A stretch of 64,000 bases of DNA from an uncultured Anaerolineales bacterium (GTDB lineage Bacteria; Chloroflexota; Anaerolineae; Anaerolineales; UBA11858): the NCBI GenBank assembly GCA_964618295.1, contig CAZTWV010000001.1, forward strand, positions 9,435 through 73,434, in the 5' to 3' direction. The translations under genes were made by a program, and so were the position numbers. This document shows, piece after piece, positions 34,692 to 43,814 of this stretch (position 1 is the stretch's first letter; each line of letters begins with the position of its first letter). The notes under the pieces were generated by a model. The model did no database searches. It was not told where the DNA came from and saw only the letters and a list, made by a program, of their open reading frames with translations.

Positions 34692-36059
34692 ATGAATATC
34701 AAACAACTTCCAGCGGTATACCAGAAAATCCAGAAAGTATTGGAAGCTGATGAGGTATTCCTGGTGGGTGGAGCAGTCCGGGATTTGTTTCTTGCAAATC
34801 CGATACACGATCTGGATTTCACGCTGGCTGGATCTCCGGAAAAGATCGGGAAAAGGCTTGCGGATCGATTGGATGGAGATTTTTACCATCTCGATCCCGA
34901 GCGAGGGGCCGTGCGGGTAATTCTGCATGAAATTGATCAGGGGCGGACAGTTGTTGATTTCACCAGTTTCCAGGGGAATACGATTGAGGAAGATCTGCAG
35001 GCCCGGGATTTCACGATTACGGCAATGGCGATCAAACTCCATCAACCCGAGCGTTTGATTGATCCCTGTCATGGACTGCAGGACCTCAAGAATGGGGTGA
35101 TCCGGAGCTGCGGACCTGGCGCTCTTGAATCTGACCCCCTCCGCTGTCTTCGCGGAGTGCGGATGGCAGCCCAATATGAATTTAGGATTCATCCCGAGAC
35201 GATCCAACAAATCAGGGCAGCTGTACCTCTGTTAAGATCAGTTTCTGCTGAACGCTGCCGGGATGAGCTCTTCCGGGTTTTTGATGGACCCCATCTTTCA
35301 GCTGCTGTCCACACCCTGGAGCATCTGGAAATTTTGCCCGTGCTGGGTTTTCAAAAATCTGATGGGCATGCTTTACTAAAGAGAGTCGAGACAACCTGGA
35401 GACTGCTGAAGGATGAATATCAGGAAGACCTGGCTGCGAACTGGGCTCTGGGACTGGTGGTAGCGCGGTTGGGGCGTTTCAGGTCAGATTTAAGGAAGTA
35501 TGCAGGTCAGGAATTTGTTCCCGGAAGAAATATTTACCAGCTGTCTTTTCTGGCAGGATTAGCTATGTGGGAGAATCATTCAGGATCCAGATTGGTACTT
35601 CCGCTCAGTAATCAGGAATCCAGGTTTGTGAGAGCGGTAGTCGAAGCGGGCAAAACCCTTCGGGATCAGACGGTTAGCCAACAGTCTGAAGGATTAACCG
35701 TTTATCGCTTCTTCCGGAATTTCCAGGCAGCAGGTGTATGCGGTGTCCTGCTTGGCCTTTCTACGTTACTTGAAAAGCAGAGCCCGGATTTCACCGAGGA
35801 TCTCTGGGAAAGGAAGGTAGATTTAGCCCGATTACTTCTGGAAGGCTGGTGGGAAAATTATGACAGATGGGTGGATCCTCCCCAGATTTTAGATGGGAAT
35901 GATCTGCAAGAAGAACTGGGCCTGGAACCGGGTCCAAAACTCGGGATGGTCCTGGAAAAAATTAGGGAAGCACAGGCAGCTGACGCTGTCAGCAGCCGGC
36001 AGGAAGCTGTCCAGTATTTGCAGAAGCTGGAGATGGTGTGGGATGACGAAGATGAATAA
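34692..36059 (+). CDS. cca: CCA-adding enzyme / poly(A) polymerase family tRNA nucleotidyltransferase
   Basis: VFLVGGAVRDLFLANPIHDLDF (GG-x-VRD ... D-x-D nucleotidyltransferase motif), ERGAVRV, RDFTITAMA, and DPLRCLRGVR are head-domain motifs of class II NTases. Confidence 0.85.
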   Translation: MNIKQLPAVYQKIQKVLEADEVFLVGGAVRDLFLANPIHDLDFTLAGSPEKIGKRLADRLDGDFYHLDPERGAVRVILHEIDQGRTVVDFTSFQGNTIEEDLQARDFTITAMAIKLHQPERLIDPCHGLQDLKNGVIRSCGPGALESDPLRCLRGVRMAAQYEFRIHPETIQQIRAAVPLLRSVSAERCRDELFRVFDGPHLSAAVHTLEHLEILPVLGFQKSDGHALLKRVETTWRLLKDEYQEDLAANWALGLVVARLGRFRSDLRKYAGQEFVPGRNIYQLSFLAGLAMWENHSGSRLVLPLSNQESRFVRAVVEAGKTLRDQTVSQQSEGLTVYRFFRNFQAAGVCGVLLGLSTLLEKQSPDFTEDLWERKVDLARLLLEGWWENYDRWVDPPQILDGNDLQEELGLEPGPKLGMVLEKIREAQAADAVSSRQEAVQYLQKLEMVWDDEDE

Positions 36060-36765
36060 TCAACCTGCCCCTGTGTTTTTCCAGGAATTATATGGAATGT
36101 TTTCAGTTCCGATCACTGAGCTGGACTGCGGGCAAAAATGTGGACCTTATAATGACCGGGGAGTTCCCTTTTGCTGTGATATCCAGCATACAGTTCCTGC
36201 TGCCCTGGAGGCAGAGTGGGATTTCTTAGAACCCCGGACGGATTTATGGCAGTTGTGGGAAGGGAGTTCCAGTGGTGAAGCCCAGGAATTGACTGCAGAA
36301 CTGCAAGAAGGTCATGTATTGCTGGTCTGTCAGGGTTATCAACACTGCCAGCGGCCTTTCCGAACCCTGTCCTGCAGGGCTTTCCCGTTCTTTCCGTATT
36401 TGGACCAGCATGGGAATTTGTTGGGATTGAGCTATTATCAGGATTATCGCGAAGAATGCTGGGTGATCAGTAATTTGGAAGCGGTCACAGCTCAATTCAC
36501 AGAGGAGTTCAACTCCGGCTTCAGGCGGTTATTTGAAGTTTATCCGAGATTAAAGGACGGCTATCAAAGATATTCCGGGTTGATCAGAGAACAAAGTCGC
36601 AAAGCAGGGGAGCGAATTGTCTTGCTGCAGCCTGGACCGCGATTTTTCCTTCTGGACCCGATCAGCGAAAACCTCCAGGAAATTGAGGCCGGGTCCCTAC
36701 CAGCATATGATGCGTATCAGATCATGAAGGATATGCCTTTCCCGGATGAACTTGATGAAAGCTAA
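36043..36765 (+). CDS. YkgJ-like (CxxCxxCC-type) cysteine-cluster protein
   Basis: LDCGQKCGPYNDRGVPFCCD ... CQGYQHCQRPFRTLSCRAFPFFP resembles the PF03692 pattern (C-x-x-C...CC ... C...RP..CR.FP). Start trimmed to the ATG at 36043 (or 36052), overlapping the end of cca by 17 nt. Confidence 0.5.
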   Translation: MTKMNNQPAPVFFQELYGMFSVPITELDCGQKCGPYNDRGVPFCCDIQHTVPAALEAEWDFLEPRTDLWQLWEGSSSGEAQELTAELQEGHVLLVCQGYQHCQRPFRTLSCRAFPFFPYLDQHGNLLGLSYYQDYREECWVISNLEAVTAQFTEEFNSGFRRLFEVYPRLKDGYQRYSGLIREQSRKAGERIVLLQPGPRFFLLDPISENLQEIEAGSLPAYDAYQIMKDMPFPDELDES

Positions 36766-36786
36766 TGATTGGATTGATTAAATAAT

Positions 36787-38568
36787 ATGATTGAAGACTT
36801 TGGAAGCTCAGAATTTACTTTACCCGATCAATATCAGATTTCTGATCGAATAAAGAAAACCCGGGATTCTGCACTGCGCTGGATGGCTGTTCACTTTTTC
36901 CAGTACTGGTACCTTGGCTTATCAATGCTTTTGGGTGCGATTGGAAACGCCGGTTTGGCTGCAGCGGCCCCGATTTTAATCGGAGAGGCGCTGGATGTAT
37001 TGCTTGAGGGGAGCCCTCAGACCGAGCGGTTGATCCAGATCTCGCTCTTGATTGCCGGAACACAGATTGTACGGGGTTTTTTGCAGTTTGGCAGGAATTT
37101 CAGCGCAGAGTTGATCGGACAGCGTATGGAACGGGATATCCGGCACGAGTTATATACCAGTTTGCTGGGAAAAAGCATGACTTACCACAGCCTGTTACCG
37201 GTGGGAGATGTCATGGCCCGGGCTACAAATGATGTTCGCGAGGTTAATTTTATGTTCAGCCCGGGAATTAATCTTGTGATTGGTTCGGCAAATTTTATTT
37301 TTATGCCTGTTATCCTCTCTCTTCGCTACCATCCAGCTTTAATCACTGCTCCGCTTGTGTTTTTAGTTTTGTATTCCCTTGCTCTCTGGCAGTATCTGGC
37401 AGAATTGAGACCGATCACCCGCGAAGTTCGAAGCTCATTTGGGCGGCTCAACACCCGCCTGGCTGAGGCTGTGGATGGAATTGAAACCGTGAAAGGGATG
37501 GCTGAAGAGGACAGCGAAGTCGGTTTATTCCGGGAAAATGCGCGTAAATTTCGCGATAATGAAATCCGCCAGGGTGATGTAGAAGCCCGCTTCCTGCCGC
37601 TGCTGCTGATGGGCTTGACCCAGGCCGGAGGCTTGCTGCATGCTGTCCTGTTGTTCCGCCAGGGTCAGATTGCTGTTGGGGATATAGTTGGCTACTTCGG
37701 ATTGCTGCTGCTGTTTGGTTTCCCAACCTTTGTGTCACTTTTTGCCTATTCTCAGGTATCACTCGGGTTGGCCAGCGCTGACCGCATCCTGGAATTGATT
37801 AATCGGAAAACGGAATTGGATCAAAATCAAGCCGGCTATGAAGCTGAAATGCGGGGGGAAATCCGCTTTCAGGAGGTTTGTTATGCCTACCCGGACAGCG
37901 ATCCGGCTCTGACAGATTTGAATTTTGAAATCATTCCCGGCCAAACGGTGGCTGTTGTAGGACAAACCGGCTCCGGGAAAACAACTTTAGCAAAAATGAT
38001 CAACCGGACCTATGATGTCACATCCGGGTCGATTGCTATTGATGGGGTTGATGTCCGTGATTGGAATTTAGCGGTTCTGCGGCGCCAAATATCAATCATT
38101 GAACAGGATATATTCCTGTACTCCAGCAGTATTGCTGAAAATATTGCTTTTGGAAAGCCGGGTGCCTCGCAGGATGAAATTGAAAAAGCGGCAAAGTCAG
38201 CCCAGGCCCATGAGTTTATTTTATCCTTTAATGCTGGCTATCAGACAGTGCTCGGAGAGCGGGGTGTGACCCTGTCCGGAGGGCAGCGTCAGCGCTTGGC
38301 GCTGGCCCGGGCTTTTTTAACGGATCCGAGAATTTTAATTCTGGATGATTCAACAAGTTCAATTGACAGCGCGACGGAAGATGAAATTCAAAAGGCAATC
38401 TTCGCAGCAGCCAAAGGCAGAACAACCATCATTATCACTCACCGGTTATCCCAAATCCGCTGGGCTGATTTGATCCTGGTAGTTAAAAACGGAGAAATAA
38501 TTGCCAGCGGCGCTCATCAACAGTTAATGGAAGAATCTGAGATTTATAAGCAGATCTTCCGGGAATAA
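36787..38568 (+). CDS. ABC exporter half-transporter (fused permease/ATPase), subunit 1
   Basis: Six-TM N-terminal domain. Walker A GQTGSGKTT, signature LSGGQRQR, Walker B ILILDDSTS. Confidence 0.88.
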   Translation: MIEDFGSSEFTLPDQYQISDRIKKTRDSALRWMAVHFFQYWYLGLSMLLGAIGNAGLAAAAPILIGEALDVLLEGSPQTERLIQISLLIAGTQIVRGFLQFGRNFSAELIGQRMERDIRHELYTSLLGKSMTYHSLLPVGDVMARATNDVREVNFMFSPGINLVIGSANFIFMPVILSLRYHPALITAPLVFLVLYSLALWQYLAELRPITREVRSSFGRLNTRLAEAVDGIETVKGMAEEDSEVGLFRENARKFRDNEIRQGDVEARFLPLLLMGLTQAGGLLHAVLLFRQGQIAVGDIVGYFGLLLLFGFPTFVSLFAYSQVSLGLASADRILELINRKTELDQNQAGYEAEMRGEIRFQEVCYAYPDSDPALTDLNFEIIPGQTVAVVGQTGSGKTTLAKMINRTYDVTSGSIAIDGVDVRDWNLAVLRRQISIIEQDIFLYSSSIAENIAFGKPGASQDEIEKAAKSAQAHEFILSFNAGYQTVLGERGVTLSGGQRQRLALARAFLTDPRILILDDSTSSIDSATEDEIQKAIFAAAKGRTTIIITHRLSQIRWADLILVVKNGEIIASGAHQQLMEESEIYKQIFRE

Positions 38569-38605
38569 CAAACAAAGCGAATAGTTAGACAGCAGGGATG
38601 ATTGA

Positions 38606-40432
38606 ATGGGTTTTTTTTCGAGTTTAGATACCGAAGCATATGACAGGGAATACAGCGACCGGGAATTAGTCGGTCGCATCTGGGCTTACCTGAAACCACA
38701 CCGGGTCAAGATTACCTGGATTGTTTTTTTTCTAGTAATTGTTGCCACCGCTGGAGCATCTTTACCGCTCTTGGTTTCCAACGGAATTGATCGGCTATCC
38801 ACCCAATCAGATGATTCATCAATTTACCTGATTGTAGGGCTGGTTTTTCTCGGGGGCTTGATTAACTGGGGCGGAAATTGGATCCGGCGCCGGCTGACAG
38901 TCCGGACCATTTCGGATATGGTCATGAATCTCCGGACTGATGCGTTTGGATCCGCTGCCAACCATGATCTTTCTTTTTATGACAAATTTTCATCCGGACG
39001 GGTGGTTTCCCGGATTACATCCGATACCCGCGAATACGGGCAGATGGTCGTACTGGTAACCGATTTGTTTTCACAGCTGACCCAGGCGGTGATCCTCGGT
39101 GTGGTTCTGTCCCAAATTCAGCTCAGATTGTTTGGGTATGTGATGCTTTTCCTGCCTTTTGTCTTTTTGATGGCCCTGGGTTTCAGAAAGATTGCCCGGA
39201 AGGTGACCAGGGAAGGCATGCGAGCGATGGCCAAGGTGAATTCCACTATCAAGGAGACTATCAGCGGGATTGCAGTCGCCAAAAATTTCCGCCAGGAAAA
39301 AGCTATTTTTGATAAATTTTTCAAGGCGAACAGGGAATCCTACCAGATGAATGTCCAGCGAGGTCTCGCCCTGTCTGTAGTTTTCCCTGTTTTGAATTCG
39401 GTCGGCGGAGTTGGTACAGCGATTTTGGTTTACCTTGGAGCCTTGAATGTGTATCAGGGCCTGGTTACAGTTGGATCCTGGTACTTATTTTTACTGAGCC
39501 TGGATCGTTTTTTCTTCCCGGTGTTAAACCTTTCTGCATTTTGGGCTCAGGTTCAGGCGGGATTATCGGCTTCTGAGCGGGTGTTTGCTTTGATTGACGC
39601 GGAGCCGGCGGTCATTCAGCGGGAAACTATCATCCCCGGACGATTGAACGGTCAGATTCGGTTTGAAAAGGTTAATTTTCAGTACAAAGAGGGTGAATGG
39701 ATTTTCCGGGATTTTGACCTTAATATCAAACCGGGAGAAAGCGTGGCTTTGGTGGGGCATACGGGGGCAGGAAAGTCCTCGATCGCCAAATTGATTGCCC
39801 GTTTTTATGAATATCAGTGGGGGGAAATTTTCCTCGATCAGTACAATTTACGGGATCTTGATCTGCCGGCTTACAGGCAGCAGCTGGGAATTATATCCCA
39901 GGTTCCATTTTTGTTTTCCGGTACGGTTGCTGATAACATTCAATATGCCTGCGGCGGCTGCGAAATGGAATTGATGAAAGAGTTGGCTTATAAAATTGGA
40001 GATGGGGAGTGGCTGGAAACTCTGCCGGAAGGATTGCAAACCGAAGTAGGGGAGCGTGGAGGACAGCTGTCGATGGGCCAGCGGCAGCTGGTGGCTTTAC
40101 TGCGGGTGATGATTCAGGATCCAGTCATTTTCATTCTAGATGAGGCAACTGCCAGCATTGATCCTTTTACCGAGCGCCAGATTCAACAGGCTTTAGACCT
40201 GGTTTTAGAGGACAGTACGAGCATCTTGATTGCCCACCGGCTCTCCACCGTGAAATCTGCGGATCGGATCGTTGTTCTAGAAGAGGGAGGGATTATTGAA
40301 GAGGGGACTCACGACCAGCTGATCCGTGACGGCGGTCATTATGCAGAGCTGTACAACACCTATTTCCGCCATCAGAGCCTGGCTTATGTGGAGGAAACGG
40401 GAATAATTGCCGGTCGAGCACAGCAGAAATAA
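38606..40432 (+). CDS. ABC exporter half-transporter (fused permease/ATPase), subunit 2
   Basis: Six-TM domain. Walker A GHTGAGKSS, signature LSMGQRQL, Walker B IFILDEATAS. Adjacency to subunit 1 suggests a heterodimeric exporter. Confidence 0.88.
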   Translation: MGFFSSLDTEAYDREYSDRELVGRIWAYLKPHRVKITWIVFFLVIVATAGASLPLLVSNGIDRLSTQSDDSSIYLIVGLVFLGGLINWGGNWIRRRLTVRTISDMVMNLRTDAFGSAANHDLSFYDKFSSGRVVSRITSDTREYGQMVVLVTDLFSQLTQAVILGVVLSQIQLRLFGYVMLFLPFVFLMALGFRKIARKVTREGMRAMAKVNSTIKETISGIAVAKNFRQEKAIFDKFFKANRESYQMNVQRGLALSVVFPVLNSVGGVGTAILVYLGALNVYQGLVTVGSWYLFLLSLDRFFFPVLNLSAFWAQVQAGLSASERVFALIDAEPAVIQRETIIPGRLNGQIRFEKVNFQYKEGEWIFRDFDLNIKPGESVALVGHTGAGKSSIAKLIARFYEYQWGEIFLDQYNLRDLDLPAYRQQLGIISQVPFLFSGTVADNIQYACGGCEMELMKELAYKIGDGEWLETLPEGLQTEVGERGGQLSMGQRQLVALLRVMIQDPVIFILDEATASIDPFTERQIQQALDLVLEDSTSILIAHRLSTVKSADRIVVLEEGGIIEEGTHDQLIRDGGHYAELYNTYFRHQSLAYVEETGIIAGRAQQK

Positions 40433-40433
40433 A

Positions 40434-40470
40434 AAAATCCGCGGATTGATCCGCGGATTTTATGTTTTCA
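40434..40470. terminator. Bidirectional terminator between convergent genes
   Basis: AAAA-ATCCGCGGA-TTGA-TCCGCGGAT-TTTATGTTTT. Confidence 0.8.
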
Positions 40471-40482
40471 AGAAGAAAATAA

Positions 40483-41586
40483 TCAGATCACAAACTGACC
40501 ATCTTTGTAAAGCAGCTCCCCATCAACCCGGATTTCGCTGTCCTGCTTGATATCACAAATCATATCCCAGTGGATGGAAGATTTGTTTTTGCTGCCCGTC
40601 TCCGGATAACCAGCACCTAGAGCCATGTGGAAGGAACCGCCAATTTTTTCATCGTACAGGATGCTTTTGGTAAACTGCTGAATGGCGTAATTGGTTCCAA
40701 TCGCAAATTCTCCCAGATAGCGGGACCCTTCATCAGCATCCAGCATTGCGAGCAGATATTCTTCATTTTTTGTCGCAGAGGCTTTGATAACCTTGCCGTC
40801 TTTGAATTCCAGCTCAACTCCGTCCACTTCCCGTCCTTTACGGACAGCGGGATAGGTGAATTTGACCCAGCCATTGGCTGAATCCTCTACTGGTCCAGTG
40901 AAAACTTCTCCGCTGGGCATATTGGCTGTCCCATCAGAATTGATAAAGACCCGGTCTTCAATACTGAGGGTAAGGTCTGCATTGGGGCTTTTTACACTGA
41001 CCAATTTCTTGCCCTTCAACCAATCGACAATCCGCTGCTGTTCCTTGTGAATCCGCTGCCATTCTGCGACGGGATCGTCAAGATCGCAGTAAGTAGCTTT
41101 GTAGACAAAGTCCTCAAACTCTTGCAAGCTCATATCCGCATCTTGCGCATAGGCATTGCAGGGGTACTGGGTCAGGGTCCAGTTTAATTCTTTCTTGGCA
41201 GCCCGTTCCATATAGATTGACATCAGCTCCTGTCTGGCCTGACCTCGAAGCTGCTGCTTTTTGGGGTCAACACCGGTCAGCGAACGGCTGTTGGTCGTGG
41301 CCCGAATGTGGATCAGCACATCGGCTTCCTCCATAATCTGTTTTTCAACGGGGGAGATCCATGTGAGCTGCTCCTCGCTGCTGTGTTTATAGGTAATCTC
41401 TTCGATTTCATCCGTATAGTAGAAAAGATTGGGATTTCCGCCAGCATCCAGCACGGATTTCAGGACCTCATTGACCAGAGATTCTGCAATTAGATGACCG
41501 CGGATGTAAACCCATTGACCGGGCTGAACAGCCACCGAATAATTAACGAGAAGGTCTGCTAATTTTTTTTGTCTTGGATCAGTCAT
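40483..41586 (-). CDS. Aminopeptidase, M29 family (AmpS/PepS/aminopeptidase T-like)
   Basis: The N-terminal KKLADLLVNYSVAVQPGQWVYI and C-terminal GEFAIGTN ... ILYDEKIGGSFHMALG ... HWDMI are typical of thermophilic metalloprotease M29. Confidence 0.85.
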   Translation of the reverse strand: MTDPRQKKLADLLVNYSVAVQPGQWVYIRGHLIAESLVNEVLKSVLDAGGNPNLFYYTDEIEEITYKHSSEEQLTWISPVEKQIMEEADVLIHIRATTNSRSLTGVDPKKQQLRGQARQELMSIYMERAAKKELNWTLTQYPCNAYAQDADMSLQEFEDFVYKATYCDLDDPVAEWQRIHKEQQRIVDWLKGKKLVSVKSPNADLTLSIEDRVFINSDGTANMPSGEVFTGPVEDSANGWVKFTYPAVRKGREVDGVELEFKDGKVIKASATKNEEYLLAMLDADEGSRYLGEFAIGTNYAIQQFTKSILYDEKIGGSFHMALGAGYPETGSKNKSSIHWDMICDIKQDSEIRVDGELLYKDGQFVI

Positions 41587-41620
41587 GTCTGATTTCCTTC
41601 TTTATTGAGTGTGAATTATA

Positions 41621-42472
41621 TTAAACTTTGCTTATCTTATCATAAACTTGAGTGAGTTCAAGCCACTGGGAGAGGCGGAGAGCTTGTGCTCGTTTTTTAG
41701 AATCAATCCCCGCCTGGTTTAACATATTTTCTATCTGGTCCTTGGGCAGGTGCAGCCCGGAAGCCAGAGAGTTCCGGAGGGTTTTTCTCTTGTGAAGAAA
41801 TCCAGCTTTGATCAATTCAAAATAACGATTCAAAGAATCGGGATCCACCAATGGACGGGGAAACAGATCTATCCGGATCACGGCCGAGTCCACCTTTGGC
41901 GGTGGATAAAAACTTCCTGCCGGGATTTTTGCGGTGATATACGGTTCACCATAGACCAAGATGCTGAGGGCAAGAACGCTGAGCTGGCCGGCAGTGGCAC
42001 AAATTCTCTTGGCAACTTCATGCTGAACGGTAAGAATCATCCGATCTGGTTTCTGATCCGCCTCCAGCAGTCTGCGAATAATCGCTGAGGTGATGTAATA
42101 GGGGATATTTGCCACAACTGCATAATGGTTGGATTGGATCAGGTCCCGGGGATGAAGCTGGAGAATATCGCCCTGGATAATTTGGACATTTTCAAATGGT
42201 TTCAGAATATCTGTCAGAGGGGCAATCAGCCTTTTGTCCAGTTCGACCGCTGTGACCCGTCCGGCACTGACTGCTAGCATCCGGGTCAGGTGGCCTAATC
42301 CGGCCCCAATTTCCAGCACGCTATCCTGATCGGATATATCTGCGACTTCCAGAATTCGTCCCAGAGCTTGCTGGTCAATTAAAAAGTTTTGTCCAAGGCT
42401 CTTATCGGGTTTTAAGCCGTATTTCTGCATCAGGGCAGGTGTGTTCAAAGGGGAAAGATCCATTGGCATCAT
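41621..42472 (-). CDS. rsmA: 16S rRNA (adenine1518/1519-N6)-dimethyltransferase RsmA/KsgA
   Basis: LGQNFLIDQ, SAM motif VLEIGAGLGHLT, and ANIPYYITS. Confidence 0.92.
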   Translation of the reverse strand: MMPMDLSPLNTPALMQKYGLKPDKSLGQNFLIDQQALGRILEVADISDQDSVLEIGAGLGHLTRMLAVSAGRVTAVELDKRLIAPLTDILKPFENVQIIQGDILQLHPRDLIQSNHYAVVANIPYYITSAIIRRLLEADQKPDRMILTVQHEVAKRICATAGQLSVLALSILVYGEPYITAKIPAGSFYPPPKVDSAVIRIDLFPRPLVDPDSLNRYFELIKAGFLHKRKTLRNSLASGLHLPKDQIENMLNQAGIDSKKRAQALRLSQWLELTQVYDKISKV

Positions 42473-42596
42473 AATCAGGCGGAAATTATCAGAAAGCAGA
42501 TAGATTATATCACTGCTTCAGATAGGTTGATTTACTCTGGCAAAGACTGTGATAAGATGGGTGGGAATCATCAGGAAATAAGAAGGGAAATGATCG

Positions 42597-43814
42597 ATGA
42601 CCGAGATGAATCAGAAACCGCCCCAGATTTTTGGACGGGAAAAAGACTCCTGGGCGGAGGAAACAATTACCGTCCGGCTCCCGGATATCCTGCAGAGAAC
42701 TATCGAGGAAAATGATTTCTCAGACGCTGCGGCCGATCAGCTGAAGAGCTTGATCCAGGAGATACCAAATGGGAAAATCCGTCCGCTTCAGGATCCCTGG
42801 GCACCAGATGCGGATTTATGGCAGAGCTACATCCAACCCTGGGAGGGAAAAGATTGGTTAAATGTGCCCTGGCTGTTTGCAGAGCATTATTTTTATCGGC
42901 GGGTGATGGAGGGGATTGATTATTTTAACACCGGAGAGGATCCTTTCCTGATCCAGAAAGAAATGGGTTTTGAACAAGCTGGATCGATGATAGAAAGATA
43001 CGCTGATCTCCTGGAGGAATGGAGAGATTCAGATCAATCGGCAGGGCGGAGAATCAAAGATGGTTTGCTGTACTCCTTATGGGGCAATCAGGCAGATCTG
43101 AGTCTGTGGCCGGTTGGGAGCGAGGCAGCCCCAGATCACACTGATTTAAGTTCCCTGCAAGATCATTTGCTGGAGGATCACAGCCAGGATGTTATCCGCC
43201 ATTTGACCAGGAAGAGAGATTCGCAGGTTCGGGTAGGAATAATTCTGGACAACGCTGGATTGGAATTGGTAAATGATCTGGCTTTTGTTGATATCCTGTT
43301 TGAAACGGAAACTGCAGCGGAGATCACCCTGTTAGTGAAAGCTCACCCCACCTTTGTTTCCGATGTAATTGAGCAGGATGTTCGCCGGACAGTGTCCAAT
43401 CTGAGGGGCTCAAATAAAAAATCTGTGAGCCAGCTGGGGTCCAGGTTGGAAGGTTATTTGGATATTGGACGATTAAAGATTGCTGCGGACTTCTTCTGGA
43501 ACTCACCGCTGGCGATGTGGGAGATGCCAGCACGGCTCCGGAAAGCACTTGAGAAATATCTGCTGGTGATCAGCAAGGGGGATGCAAACTACAGGCGGAT
43601 TCTCGGGGATCGGAAGTGGGATTTCACACTCGCTTTTCCGGAAGTGGTGGATTATTTTCCGGTTTCTCTTGCGGCACTGAGGTCCTTAAAAGCCGAGTTG
43701 GCATTAGGGATGAGTCTGGATGGGATTGTCGAGGTTCACAATCAGGATTCTGACTGGATGATCAATGGGAGATGGGCCGTGGTCCAGTTTTCTCCTGGGA
43801 GAGGGAATCAGTAG
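42597..43814 (+). CDS. Damage-control phosphatase, ARMT1-like / DUF89 family
   Basis: ILDNAGLELVNDL and ISKGDANYRRILGDRKW are the metal-binding DUF89 motifs (DN...KGD-x-NYR). Confidence 0.8.
   Translation: MTEMNQKPPQIFGREKDSWAEETITVRLPDILQRTIEENDFSDAAADQLKSLIQEIPNGKIRPLQDPWAPDADLWQSYIQPWEGKDWLNVPWLFAEHYFYRRVMEGIDYFNTGEDPFLIQKEMGFEQAGSMIERYADLLEEWRDSDQSAGRRIKDGLLYSLWGNQADLSLWPVGSEAAPDHTDLSSLQDHLLEDHSQDVIRHLTRKRDSQVRVGIILDNAGLELVNDLAFVDILFETETAAEITLLVKAHPTFVSDVIEQDVRRTVSNLRGSNKKSVSQLGSRLEGYLDIGRLKIAADFFWNSPLAMWEMPARLRKALEKYLLVISKGDANYRRILGDRKWDFTLAFPEVVDYFPVSLAALRSLKAELALGMSLDGIVEVHNQDSDWMINGRWAVVQFSPGRGNQ

Noticed and set aside
34569-35210. A 213-aa minus-strand ORF.
   Set aside because: It lies antisense to the well-supported cca gene (34692-36059) and to the hpt terminator region. 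It has no recognisable motifs and looks like a shadow ORF.
35893-36042. N-terminal 50-aa extension of the Cys-cluster protein ORF.
   Set aside because: It lies in an alternative frame of the 3' end of cca. The internal ATGs at 36043 and 36052 give a compact coupled arrangement.
42527-42715. A 62-aa plus-strand ORF upstream of and overlapping the DUF89 gene.
   Set aside because: It is in a different frame from the DUF89 gene, is low-complexity with no motifs, and the DUF89 start at 42597 is well supported.
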